DNA of 64,000 nucleotides from an uncultured Novosphingobium sp. (GTDB lineage Bacteria; Pseudomonadota; Alphaproteobacteria; Sphingomonadales; Sphingomonadaceae): NCBI GenBank assembly GCA_964413325.1, contig CAYPRK010000010.1, positions 47,595 to 111,594 of the forward strand, read 5' to 3'. Shown piece by piece: positions 16,081 to 27,700 of this stretch (position 1 is its first letter; each line of letters starts with the position of its first letter). The notes under the pieces were generated by a model. It saw only the letters and a program-made list of their open reading frames with translations, ran no database searches and was not told where the DNA came from. The position numbers and the translations under genes were made by a program.

Positions 16081-18474
16081 TCACACCACTTTGCGGACGG
16101 CAGACGCGTCCTTCGTATTGCCGCCCTCACCCGGCTTGGCCTTGCGCGCGCTGTTGCGGGCAAGCCCGGCCATCATGCGGATAAGCACATTTTCCGGTCC
16201 GCCAGCGTCACCGCCTCGGGCTTTCGCTTCGCCCGCCGCCACGCGCAGGTGCATGCCGCGCGAGAGCAGCAGCAGATCGCGCATGCCGAGCGGCGTGGAC
16301 GCCAGCATCGGGCGGATCAGGCGGAAGCTGCTCGCCGAAAGATCGTAGCCGCGCTGCTGCATCCATGCAGGCGAGCGCGGCAGGATCGTGCCGAGTTCGG
16401 CCATCACCGTCTGGCAGCGAAGCCCACCCAGCTGGGCGCGCGCGATGAATTCAGGCTCGTGTCCGAGCTGTCGGTAGTCGGTGGAAAAGCCACCGAGGCC
16501 GAGGAAGGCAGTGCGGTCCACCAGCAGCGGCAGTTCGACAAGGTCGTTCCACAGGAAGCTGTCGGTCGGGCCGCTCACCACGATGGCGCGGAGCTTGCCC
16601 GGCCGCGGCCCGTTCCTGCTCTCGGTTCGCTCGCGGTAGAAGTAATTGAGCACATGCGCCTGCGTGCTGTCGGCGCAGCTTAGCAGGGTAGCCAGCGCGC
16701 CAGGATCGAGCCGCGCGCCTTCCCACAGAAACAGCATCCGCGCCGCATCGGTTTCTTCCGCCAGCCGATTGGAGGCCGCGCCCGCATCGAGATCGAACGC
16801 ATCGACCACCTTGTGGGCAAGGTCATAGCGCGCCAGCACGGCGCAAGCGGCTTCGCGAGCCCCGGCCTCTTCCGCATCGATGGCGACCAGCACTTCGCCG
16901 AGTGCACCTTCCTGCAGGGCGAGACTGGCCAGCGTCTGGTCCAGCGCCACTTGGTCGCCCGTGTAGTAAATCGCGACCGCAGCCGTGGTCGCGGTTACCC
17001 CATCAGCCGGCGAGTTTGCGGCACGAGCCGCCGCGATCAGTTCCTCGCGCAGCGGGCCGCCCAACTGACGATGGAAACGGCGCCAGATATCGAGGTTGAC
17101 GTGGTTATCGAAGCTGGGGTGTGGGACCATGCCGCCCAGCAGCAGCGCTTCTTCCAGCTTATCGCCGAGCGAGACGGGGTGCGGCTTGCACAGCACGGCG
17201 GCGTGATCTTCCGGCGCGATCAGTTCGGAATTGCCGCCAACGTCGGTTGCGACGCAGGGAATACCGCAGATCGCGGCTTCGTAGACCGCCATCGAACTGT
17301 TTTCGATGATCGACGGCATGACCGCGAGCCGTGCGCCGCCAAGCAGGTATTTCACTGCATCATACTGCTGGAAATCCGTGAGAATCTGGACTTCGACCGG
17401 CCAAGTCCGCGAAACTTCGCGAATGAACTCGTCCGTATCGAAATCCGGATGCGAGGGCATGCGGCCGCCGGGCTTGCCCATGAAGGTGATGCGTTTGGGC
17501 AGTGGCACGCCCTTGCGGATCAGCCGCCGGATCGCCTGCACGAAGATGAACAACCCCTTGCGCGCCTCAAGCCGGCCAAAGAACACGATCTCGTCGATCG
17601 GCATGCGCTGACCGCGCGGCAGTGCGCGGCTATCCATCAGCGGCTCGAGCTTGGCGAACGTGGCAACGTTGGGCTGCACGAAGCAGCGGCCCTTTGGCAG
17701 GGCATAGCCCTGGCTCGCCATCCAGCGCAGCAGATGGAGGCTGCCGCCGATGACCACATCGGCCATTTCCACGCTGCGCCGCTCGGCATGGATCTTCACG
17801 AGATCGTCCGCTCGTTCGAGCGTGTGCGAACCATAGAGCCGGTTCCACATCCACGGCGAGGATGTCTTGACGAGGAACAGTGTGTCCTGAAACGCGAGGC
17901 CCTGCCGCTTGGCCAGCAGCGAAAGGTAAGCCGTACCGCGCCACTCCGAAACGTGCACGACGTCCATCGGATGCAGCATCAGGTAGCGCATCATGTTGTA
18001 GGGCACGCGCAGCCAGCGATCGGCGTTGGAAGCAAACCCTTCGGCCGCCGCGTAGTCCGGACAGGGGATCAGCTTGACCCCGCGTTCGGCGTAGTGCTCG
18101 ATCCAGTAATCGATGGTCTCGGTCTCGACCTTGTTGCCGCGCAAGTAGAGCACGGTCGTATCGAACCCGGCTTCGGCCAGCATGAACGCCAGCGCGCCGT
18201 AGGTATTGCCGATGCCGCCGTTGCGGACCGGGCCCATGACTTGTTCGGTTGCGATGCAGATGCGCGTACGCCGCGTGCCCTCAGCCCAATGCGCGAAGGA
18301 ATCGAGGCCCGGCAGCTTGGTCGTCCACGCCTTGCCGCTGCGCGGTTGCAGCGCGTCCAGCCGCCCCTCCAGCACCGGGGAGCACAGCAGGCGTTCGACG
18401 TCGTTGATCGCCGCGCCGGTTTTCGCCGGGCGCTTCGCCTTGCTCTCGCTGGTTGTGCTGCGCCGTGCTGACAA
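16081..18474 (-). CDS. Two-domain glycosyltransferase (N-terminal GT4/GT-B plus C-terminal GT2-like domain)
   Basis: 'VRNGGIGNTY', 'FFGRLEARKG' and 'VMPSIIENSSMAVYEAAICGIPCVATDVGG' are GT4-like. The C-terminal 'LDQTLASLALQ...LFLWEG' region is GT-A-like. TTG start with RBS GAGAGGGG. Confidence 0.85.
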   Translation of the reverse strand: MSARRSTTSESKAKRPAKTGAAINDVERLLCSPVLEGRLDALQPRSGKAWTTKLPGLDSFAHWAEGTRRTRICIATEQVMGPVRNGGIGNTYGALAFMLAEAGFDTTVLYLRGNKVETETIDYWIEHYAERGVKLIPCPDYAAAEGFASNADRWLRVPYNMMRYLMLHPMDVVHVSEWRGTAYLSLLAKRQGLAFQDTLFLVKTSSPWMWNRLYGSHTLERADDLVKIHAERRSVEMADVVIGGSLHLLRWMASQGYALPKGRCFVQPNVATFAKLEPLMDSRALPRGQRMPIDEIVFFGRLEARKGLFIFVQAIRRLIRKGVPLPKRITFMGKPGGRMPSHPDFDTDEFIREVSRTWPVEVQILTDFQQYDAVKYLLGGARLAVMPSIIENSSMAVYEAAICGIPCVATDVGGNSELIAPEDHAAVLCKPHPVSLGDKLEEALLLGGMVPHPSFDNHVNLDIWRRFHRQLGGPLREELIAAARAANSPADGVTATTAAVAIYYTGDQVALDQTLASLALQEGALGEVLVAIDAEEAGAREAACAVLARYDLAHKVVDAFDLDAGAASNRLAEETDAARMLFLWEGARLDPGALATLLSCADSTQAHVLNYFYRERTESRNGPRPGKLRAIVVSGPTDSFLWNDLVELPLLVDRTAFLGLGGFSTDYRQLGHEPEFIARAQLGGLRCQTVMAELGTILPRSPAWMQQRGYDLSASSFRLIRPMLASTPLGMRDLLLLSRGMHLRVAAGEAKARGGDAGGPENVLIRMMAGLARNSARKAKPGEGGNTKDASAVRKVV

Positions 18475-18730
18475 GGCCCCTCTCGCACTCCAAAGCGCGC
18501 ACGACTGCGGCTCGCGAAAAGCGCGAGGCGCCGCCGATGCGGCAAAACCAATCCAGGTGGTCGTTCACAGTTTCGGGTGCGTAACCAGCGGCGCGCCCCC
18601 GCGCCGAATGTGCTCAGTACGTCCCCTTATCCCGCTGTGTTCGTATGCGGCGCGCGTTGCACATTTGTGTCGGTTCGTTGTAATTTCGAAGTCAGCGGGT
18701 GATTTCTTGTCACAAACGTCCCGCTATCGG

Positions 18731-21700
18731 TCAGTTCGCTTTGCAATTCGGATCGTTGGGATCGTCGCACACGTCAGACCCCGCAAAGCCCTTCACTTCG
18801 ACGGTGATCACCGAACGCTTTTCTGTGCTGTTGCCGCTGTTCTGCCCGTTGGACTGCGCCGCGACCGCAGAATTGGCACCGGCAGGTGTCGCCACCACGG
18901 TGGGCGCCGATGAGGGCACGCCCGAAATCGAACCGCTCGACGAGCTGATCGCATCGGCGTTGGCCACGCGCGCGGCGATGACGACAACATCGCCCGAGGC
19001 GCGCACGCCAGCGTCGCCCGCGTCCACCGTGCCGACCGGCGCGATGAGGCTGACCGACGATGCAGGCGAATCGGGGCTCGGCTTGAACGCACCGATACCC
19101 GCGCCCGAGACCGACCCGGCGCTATCGACTTCGGCATAGCCGTCGAGGTTGAACCGCACGGTGACCGGCGGGAAGTTCGACGCGCTGCGCGGACCCTGGC
19201 CTGCGTTTAGGTCGCCGTTGGAGGAGAATAGCACGATGTCGCCGCCGCCGACCGAGAACACGCGGCTCTGGTTCACTAGCAGGTTGCCGTCGGTGAAGCT
19301 GTAGATCTTGCCGCCGCGCAAGCTCAGCACACCTTCGTAGCCGATCGGGATGTTGCTGATCGCGCGCACGTTGGTGTTGTTGATTGCACCGTAGATCAGG
19401 CTCGAAGTCGGCCCGACACCGAAGCGGCTGACGCGCCGCGCCGCCTGCTCGGAGGTACGCACCACCGAACCACCGATGAAATTGCCGCCGGGGCCAAGGA
19501 TCGTGATGTCGCCGCCGCGAGTGGTTTCCAGCGTCGCAAGGCGCAAGTCGATGCTGCCGGTGACGACTTGCGTTGCCTTGACCGGCTGCCCGCCCGCCAG
19601 ATTGCGGACCGGCTGGCCGAGCGGATGGTCATCGGTCACCGTGGCCGGATCGGTGGTGAACTCGGCGAGGTTGTTGGTGTAGCCCCAGGCCGCCGGGAAC
19701 AGCGTATCGACCGCGCGATAGGCCTGGATCGACGGCGATTGCTGCAGTTCGCGATAGAACACTTCCTTGACGAGGAAGCTTTGCCGCAGCAGCGGATCGA
19801 GGCCCTGGAATGCGGCGAAGAGGTCCGCCATGCGACCATATGCCGCGCTGGCGAGGGCCGCATTGCCATCAGTCGTATCGGGATAGGACGCAGTGCCGAA
19901 CACCGCTTCGAACGCGGCCGGCGCGCGCGCGCGCAGCCACTTTGCAAGGATCGGCGCATAGACCGGCCGCGTCCGGTCGGGGCGATCGTTGCCAAGCGCA
20001 TCGGTGACCTGCACGAACAGCGCTCCGTCGAGCTTCGCCGCATTGGCGGGATCGAGGTAGGTCGAGGACAGGCCTTCATAGTTGACGCCCTTGCTGACGC
20101 CGAACAGTACGGTGAGATCGGCACCGATGGGCGCGAGCCACGGGTTCACATCATTGCCCACGGTCTGGATGCCGCCCGCGTAGCTGATGTTGTCGATGGT
20201 CGCCGAGTTGATGAACGGCCCGATATCGCGCCCGGCCTGAATCTGGAACGTCCCCTGCCCGCCCAGTGTGAAATTGCTGCTGACGATGTAGGGCAAGTTC
20301 GCGATGGCGGACGAAGTCGTCGTGCCGACAATGTCGCGCCCGGCCGTGATCGTGGTGGTGTCCGAAGCGGAGGAGTTCTGCCCGGTGAAGTAGAGGTTCA
20401 CGATATCGCGCCCGGCAGTAATGCGCGATTGCTTGGCGAGGTTGATCACCGACCGCGTGACATCCCCGCCCGCGAAGATCTCCGCCGCAGTCGTATCGCC
20501 GGCATGGGTGGTCTGCTCGTTGTGGTAGAGCCGCAGCAGATAGTCGCTGGTGGTGATGTCCGAACCCGGAATGCCGAACCCGAGCCCGGCCAGCGCGGTG
20601 ACGTTGCCCGAACCCGAGGTCGTGATCGATTCGAGATTGAGCTGCGCAGCCGAAAACGCGCCCGGCAGCAGCGAAGGATCGCTGTCGCTCATCGCGATGA
20701 CGAGCGAGGACAGATTGCCCGCGCTGAACAGCTGCAGATTGCCCTGCGGCGCAGGGTAAAGCAGCATCGGCAGCTCTGGCATGGTGAGATCGCCGCTCAG
20801 CGCCGCGAGCGAGAGCCGTGGTGACAGCACGTGCCCGGCAAAGATGCCGGCGCCGCCCGCGCCGATCTGGAATGGCACGGTCTGCTCGACCCGGTTGCCG
20901 ATATAGCGCAGCTCACCCGTAGCGACGGCGGACAGTGCACCCTCAGGCGCGAAGAAGCCCGCCGCATCGTACTTGCTGCGCGGATCTCCGCTGCGCCATG
21001 CGCCGAGCGCCGAGACGCCGGCCAGCGCGATATCGCCCTGTGCGGTGAGCGACACGGCGGCGCTTGTCGTGCGCAGGCGCAAATACTGCGCGTTGTCGGT
21101 GGTCGAGGACGAGCGCTCGCTGCCGAAGGCCGTCACGTTGCCGCCAACTGCAATCGCCGCGCGGCCGGTCGAGATGTCGAACTGGCCTGCACCGAGATCC
21201 CCGCCGATCGTCGCGGAGAAATCACCGCTGCCGAGGTTGACCTGAACGAGCCCGGCGGACGTCCCGCTCGCTGTGGTTGCCATTCCTGTCGTGACAGCGG
21301 AATTGAGCGCGACGGTGAGGTCGGTCATGTCGGCACCTGCGCGCAGAGTGACGTCCCCGCCCGCCAGCGCGCCAACGCCGCTGGTGAAGTACTTGGGCGC
21401 GATGCCGATTTCGGTATCCTGCCCGACGATGCCGGGCCGCCAGCGCTGCGAACTGTCGCCGATCTGCGTGACATCAAAGCTGGAAACGCGGGTCGCGCCG
21501 ATCGTGGCGCCCGAGCCGAGGAAGGTTTCCGACCAGACATCGCGGCGGCCAAGGATGCTGCCGCCCGCGTCGAGGGTGACGCGCCCACCACCGGTGGCGA
21601 ACACTGCTGCCTGATCATCAAGCCCCTTGGGCGAAGGTATGAAGCCGAGATCCTGCGCCGGGATCGTGCCATAAGCGCTGGCAAGGGGAACCCGCAGCTC

Positions 21701-24700
21701 CGTATTGGTGCCGACCACAGTAGCCAGCAGCGTCGAAGCCGCAACGCGGTGGCCGGCGGTGTAGATCGCGGTCCCGCCGATCTGGGCGTTGCCGGAGCGC
21801 GGGGCCGACGCGGTCACGCCCCGCTCCGAGCGATAGACGGCATCGACGCCGTTGCGCAGATCGATGTTGCCCGAGGCGGCGAGATCGATGCTGCCGTCAC
21901 CCGTGCGCACCAGGCTGTGCGTATAGGCCAGCTGCGAGCCATAGTTCGCCACTGTCGGCGCCGTTAGGCGGCCCGTGGGATAACCGCCCGTACCGGTGGC
22001 GATCCCGTTCACGATCAGGCTCTGGTTCTTGGTCAGGAAGCCGAGCATCGAGGCGAGCGGGGCGGCGACGCCGGTGATGATACCGGCGCTGTTACGCACG
22101 AAAGTGCCGCTGTTGCCGCCGGTGAAGTAGGCCGCTGCCGCATCGCGCAGTTCGGCGCCGGCGCCGACCGAGCCCGTACCCCACGAAATCGTTGTGTAGG
22201 TATCGCTGCCAAGTCCGGCGGCCTGCGCGCTGCCGGTCCCGTTCGCGCCAAGCAGGTTCGCCAGCGAGTACACCGGCCCCTGCCCGATCGGCGCCGTGGT
22301 GACGGCAAGGCTGAGGTCCACACCGGTGCCGAACAGAGCAGAGCCCTGCGTCGCCACGAGTTCGTAGCTCTTCTCGCCCTGGACGATGATGCTAGCGGTG
22401 GTGGCGCGATCGACATGGAGCGGATTGGCCGAGGGCGAAGCGCCGGTGCCGGCGGTCAGGCGCAGGCTGGTCGAGCGGATCGGCGACCCGTCAGCAAGCA
22501 GCGGAAAAAGCTGGGCAAAGCCGAGCGCATCGCCCGAGTATTCGCCGGTATTGGGATCGATCGCGAAGCTCGATGCCGTGACGCTGTTGTTCCGCGCGAT
22601 ATAGGGCGCGGTGAGGCCCGCGCTGCCTTGCTGCGAGCCCTGATAGAACCGCGACAGCCCGATGCTGAGCGCGCTGTCCTGCCCCGCGACTGCCGTGCCG
22701 GCCAACACGTCGCTGTATTTCACCAGCGACTGGCAGTTCAGATCCGTGCCGCACGAGAGCAGCAGCGCCGGATTGAAGGTGCGGTCACCGCCGCCAAGCT
22801 GGTAGTTGATCCAGTTGGGGTCCGACTTGTCGCCGAAGGTGAAGAAGCCGTCGCTGATGCTGGCCGAGATATCAAGGCCGCCGCCCGCGCGCAGCGAGAT
22901 CACTCCCGCCTCGCCGCTGGCCCTGGCGCCGACGCGGTAGAGGAACGACGTGTAATTCTCGAGCAGATTGCCTTCCTGCCCCGCCACGACCGCGTAATAG
23001 GGCTTGTTGCCCGGCCCCGGCCCGAGTTCGGGGATGGCGGTCATCACGCCATCGGCCGCCGCGCGGTCAACGTTGACGGTTCCAGCCGCGAGGTTCCAGT
23101 TGGTGACCAGCGCGATATCGACGGCGGAGACGAGGTCCACGCCGGGGCGCAGACGCATGCCCGCAAGGCTGCTGCCATCCACGGCAGTGACGTTGAAATT
23201 CCGGATGAACCACGGGATCGAGGCCGTCCCGTCGGCGCCCTTGAACACGTCGGAGAGGATGTTGGTGCCATCCGGCGTGGTATCGAGGAACACCGCGTTG
23301 GGCGTCGAGATGACACCGGTGAAGAGCCCGGAAACACCGATCTCGTCGAGATTGTAGGTCTTGTAGCCTTCGACCGAAACGCTTTGCGTGCCTGTGACAA
23401 CGCCGTGCAGGCGCACGTCGACCTTGTCGTCGTTCGCGCCAAGCACGGGTGCGCGCAAGGTGAGGTTGCCGCCGGTATCCGCCTCGACGAAGGTGTACAC
23501 GGTGGTGTTGACCAGCGTGCTGGGGTCCTTGACCGTGCGCGGCAGCAGGCGATTGCCGGTCTTGCCGGCGGCCACCGCCTTGACAGTGCGGGTGGCTGAA
23601 AGATCGAGCTTCGCGCCCTGGGCAATGGTGATTGCCCCGCCAGTATCGCCGATGCCGATGGTGACGTCGCCGCCGCTGGTCTGGCGGCTGTCGGTATCGC
23701 CATAGCCGGACGTCCGGGTATCGAGCAGCGAGCCCGCCTGAAGCGTCACGCCGGACATGCCCCAGAGCGCAATGTCGCCGCCGTTCACGCGGGCAAGTTC
23801 CGCCTGCGCGGCGGTGAGCTTGGAAATGTCCGCGCCCGAGGTATCGAGCGCGCCGCCGATCACGATGCTGCCGCCATCAGCCGTCAGCGCAATCGAGCTC
23901 GCCCTGAGGTTGCGCCCGCTGGCGAGGGACAAGTCGCCCTTGCCGGCGCGGATCGCGATGTCACCGCCAAAGAATGTGCCGTAGCGCTGGACGAACCCGT
24001 CGAAATCGAACGCCGACTGGCCCGCATCGAACGTCAGCGAGGCAAGGCGATTGCCCGTGAGGCCAGGATTGAGCACCGCATCGAAGGTGATCGCGCCGCG
24101 GCTGGCCAGCAGGTTGATCCGCCCGGCATTGCCGATGCCGTTGTCAACACTGAGCGAAGCTGTCGACGGCAGCACGATATTGCCGTTCAGCGAAACGAGA
24201 TTGACCGTGCCGCCACCGGCCGAAACCGTCGTCGAGGTGGTGCTGTCGCCATAGGTGCGGCTGAAGCCCGCCGTCGCCAGCGCGGCCGCGCCCGACAGGG
24301 TAATCGCCCCCTTGGCCTGCGCATCGATGACACCGGCAGTCGCCGAAAGCCGCGCGCCGTCGATGGTGAGGCTTTCGACCGGACTGCTCGCACCGCCAAA
24401 CGTGAGATGCGCGCCCGGCGCCCGGATTCCCGCAGCGGTGGGCGCCGTCGCCCCTGCGGCAAGCGTCGGAGCAGTCACGCTGACCGCGCCGCTGGTGGCA
24501 AAGGTGTAGTTCGGCGTGACCGGGATCGTGTAGTTGCCAGCTGGCGTGATGCTGTCGCTGGCAGTGACGGCAGCCTTGGATAGATCGACGACAGCCGCGC
24601 GGTCGGCGATGAACGGCGTCACCAGATCGAGCTTGGCGGTGCCCAGATCGAGCGTGCCCTTGCCGGAATAATAGATCCCCTTGGTGGCGGTGATTTTCAC

Positions 24701-27700
24701 TCCGCCGTCGAAACTGTAGGGCCGCAGCGTACCCGAGCCGAGCGTGAGCCCGCCGGTCTCGATCGTCAGCGCATTGCCCGTCGAGCCGCACAGCGCGCCC
24801 GAAATGAACGAGCAGCTGGCAACCTTGCCGGACGAATTGGTGAGACGCAGGTTGTCGGCAACGAGCGTCAGGCTGTCGCTACCGCCAGTGCCGGTCGCGA
24901 GGGTGACGGCAGTCGTATCCAGCGTCAGGTTGCGGAACACGTGGCGGCTGCCGGGGAGGAACGCAATCGGCCCGGCGGAGCGCAAGGTGAGCGATTCTGC
25001 CGCGGCAAGCTTGCTTTCGAGATTGGCGCCGATGCCGAATGGCGTGCCGAAGCTGATTTCGTCACTGATCAAGGCCATGCCCGATGCAGCCAGCACCGCG
25101 CCGTCATCCACGGCGAGATTGCGGCTTGTCTCCATCAGGAGCGAAGCGGCGGTGAGCTTTGCGGCACCGATATTGAGCGAGGCGAGGCGGCCGGTATTGC
25201 CGGCAGCAACGGCGCCGACGCGCGTCAGCAGGCGCTCCGGCCCGCTCGACAGGCGCAGCACCGAACCGATCCCGGTCTGATCGAAGGTCGATCCGGTCGT
25301 GGTGCTCGAATTGACGAGATAGTCCCCGGCACGCGTATCCGAAAGCGTGCCCGTCGCGGTGATCTGGGCCCCGTCGGCGACTGTCAGGCGCGCACCCTGC
25401 CCGCCCACTGCAAAGACCACTTCTGGCACCGTCAGGCGCGCGCTGCTGCCCACCGTGATGCGGTTGGCGAAGACGTTGAGCGTGGTCGTATCGTCGGCGT
25501 TGTCCTGCCGGGTCGCGCCGATCATCAGGCTGGCGGCATCGAGCTTGGCCAAAGTGCTGTCGGCCAGCACGAGTTCGCCGGCGGCGCCGCCATCGCCCGA
25601 ATGGTTGATCAGGATCCGGCTGCCGAGAATATCGACTTGCGCACCGCGACCCTTGGTCCCCGGCGACATGTCGAACGAACCTTCGACCTTCAGCGAGGCG
25701 AGCGGCGCCAGCACGACGCGCGCGGCGTCGAGTGGCAGGCGCGAAGGAGTGCGGCCAGCCGCCGTCGCCGCATCGGAAATCGCCTTTGAGCCGCTCGTCG
25801 TCTCGATGCGCGAGAACTTGAGCAGCGTATCCTGCGACATGATGCTGAACGAGCGCCGCACCGATTCCGTCAGCGACGTTCCGGCAGTCGAATAGGTGCC
25901 GCCCATCACGATCGTGCCATCGCGCAGCACTTGCGACGTGCCGGATGCGGGCGCGCTGGTGCCGGTGTTCTCGACGATGCGATAGGCACCCGGCAGCAGC
26001 GCATAGTGCGCCGGCATCAGCACGTATTGCCCGGCAGCAATTCCGTTTCCGCCGTCAAGCGTGACGGAAAGTCCGCCGTCCGCACCATAGAGATTGGTTG
26101 GCGACGACCCGCCGGCATAGTCCGCTGCATAAAGCGGATCGTAGAGTGCGATCTTCGCGGCGGTTTCCGTGGGCACCAGCGCATAGACCTGGCGGTGGTC
26201 GGCGTACTGGTAACCGGTGCCGGTCGCAGGGTCGTAATCGTTGGAACTGAACGCGTCGCTGTTGAACCGGCTGAGCACATCGCGCGAGCCGCCGGTGCCG
26301 GAGACGAATTCATAGGCGAAGATGTCTCCGCCGCCCGATCCGTTGATGAGGCCGCCCGCCTGCACGGTGATCGCATTGCCGGTCAGCCGCAGCTGGCCCG
26401 AAGGCGTCACCGTGATCGGCGAGGACGTGCCTGCGGTGAAGAAGTATTCCTTGAGGTCGGTGGTGGTGCCGTAGGGGATCTTGCGCCCACCGGCGGAGAC
26501 CGAGGTGATGCTGTCGGGTCCGAAGATCAGGGTATCGATCGGCGATGCGGCGGTGCCGAATTCGATCCGGCCCAGCGGCGCGGCAAGGAAGCCGTTCTGC
26601 ACGACCTTGTTCGCGGTGATCCGCAAGTAGGAACCTGCGGAGAGCGGGGTCGTCTTGTTGATGTTGTCGCCGAGGAACGTGATCGTCGACGAGCCCAGCG
26701 CGGAAACCAGATAGGGCGCAAGGCCGGTGGTAGACGTGCCGGCGGCTTCGCCTTCAAGAATCCGCTGGAGATTGCCCGAACCGGTCGTCGTATAGACCCG
26801 CGCAGCGTCGAAAGTCAGGTCGCCGGACGAGACGAGGCTGCCGTTGAGCACCGGCAGCTGGGTCGTATCGTTGCGGTCGTCGATACCGATCAGGCGCACG
26901 TCGCCGAGGCTGTCGAGCTGCGTGGAAGCAATCGACGAGCCGAACAGGGTACTGCCAATGAAGTCGATGCCCGAAGCTCCGGCGGCGAAGCGCACTTTCG
27001 CATCGCCCGTCGCCGCAGAGGCGGTCGGCACAGCGCCGGTGCGGCTGGCAAACGCGATGTAGGGCGCGGCAATGGTGGCGTCCGTCCCGCTCGTCGCGGA
27101 AATGGCGATCTGGGCGTTGGTTCCGACAAGGTCTTCGTTCAGCCGCGGCGCGGATTGCACCAGCAGCGACTTGTTCAGCGAAAGCGTGAACTTCCCGTCG
27201 AGCGCCAGTCCGCCATAGGCAACGAGGCTCGAGAAGCCCGAGCTCTCGATGGCGTCGGCAAAGGCAACGTCCCGCAGGCCCAGCCCGTCGTCCTTGCCGC
27301 GGATGACTGGGCGAAGCCACGCCAGCGTGCCGCCGGTTGCCTGCGCCGTGCCGCCGCTCGCAAGGACCGTCGCGCCCGAGAGCGAACCGCCGCCGCCCAG
27401 CGCGAGAGTGCCGCCATTCGTCCACTGCAAGGTGGGCGCATAGTCGGTCGCGCTTACCGGTACATCGAGCGTGACCGCAATGCCGCTGAGGTCGAGCGTC
27501 GAACCCGGTCGCGCCACGAGCATGCGCGGGGCCACATCTGCCAGCAGCGGCGGCGGGGTCGGCGAAATGCTGGTCGGATCGGGATAGGCCGGGAAACCAT
27601 AAGCCGGGTTCCCGAACAGCGCGTAGCTGGTGTCGCTCTGCGGGTTGTACGCCGCAGCCGATGTCAGCGAACCGCCGCCGAACAGCCGGCCGAAGCGATA

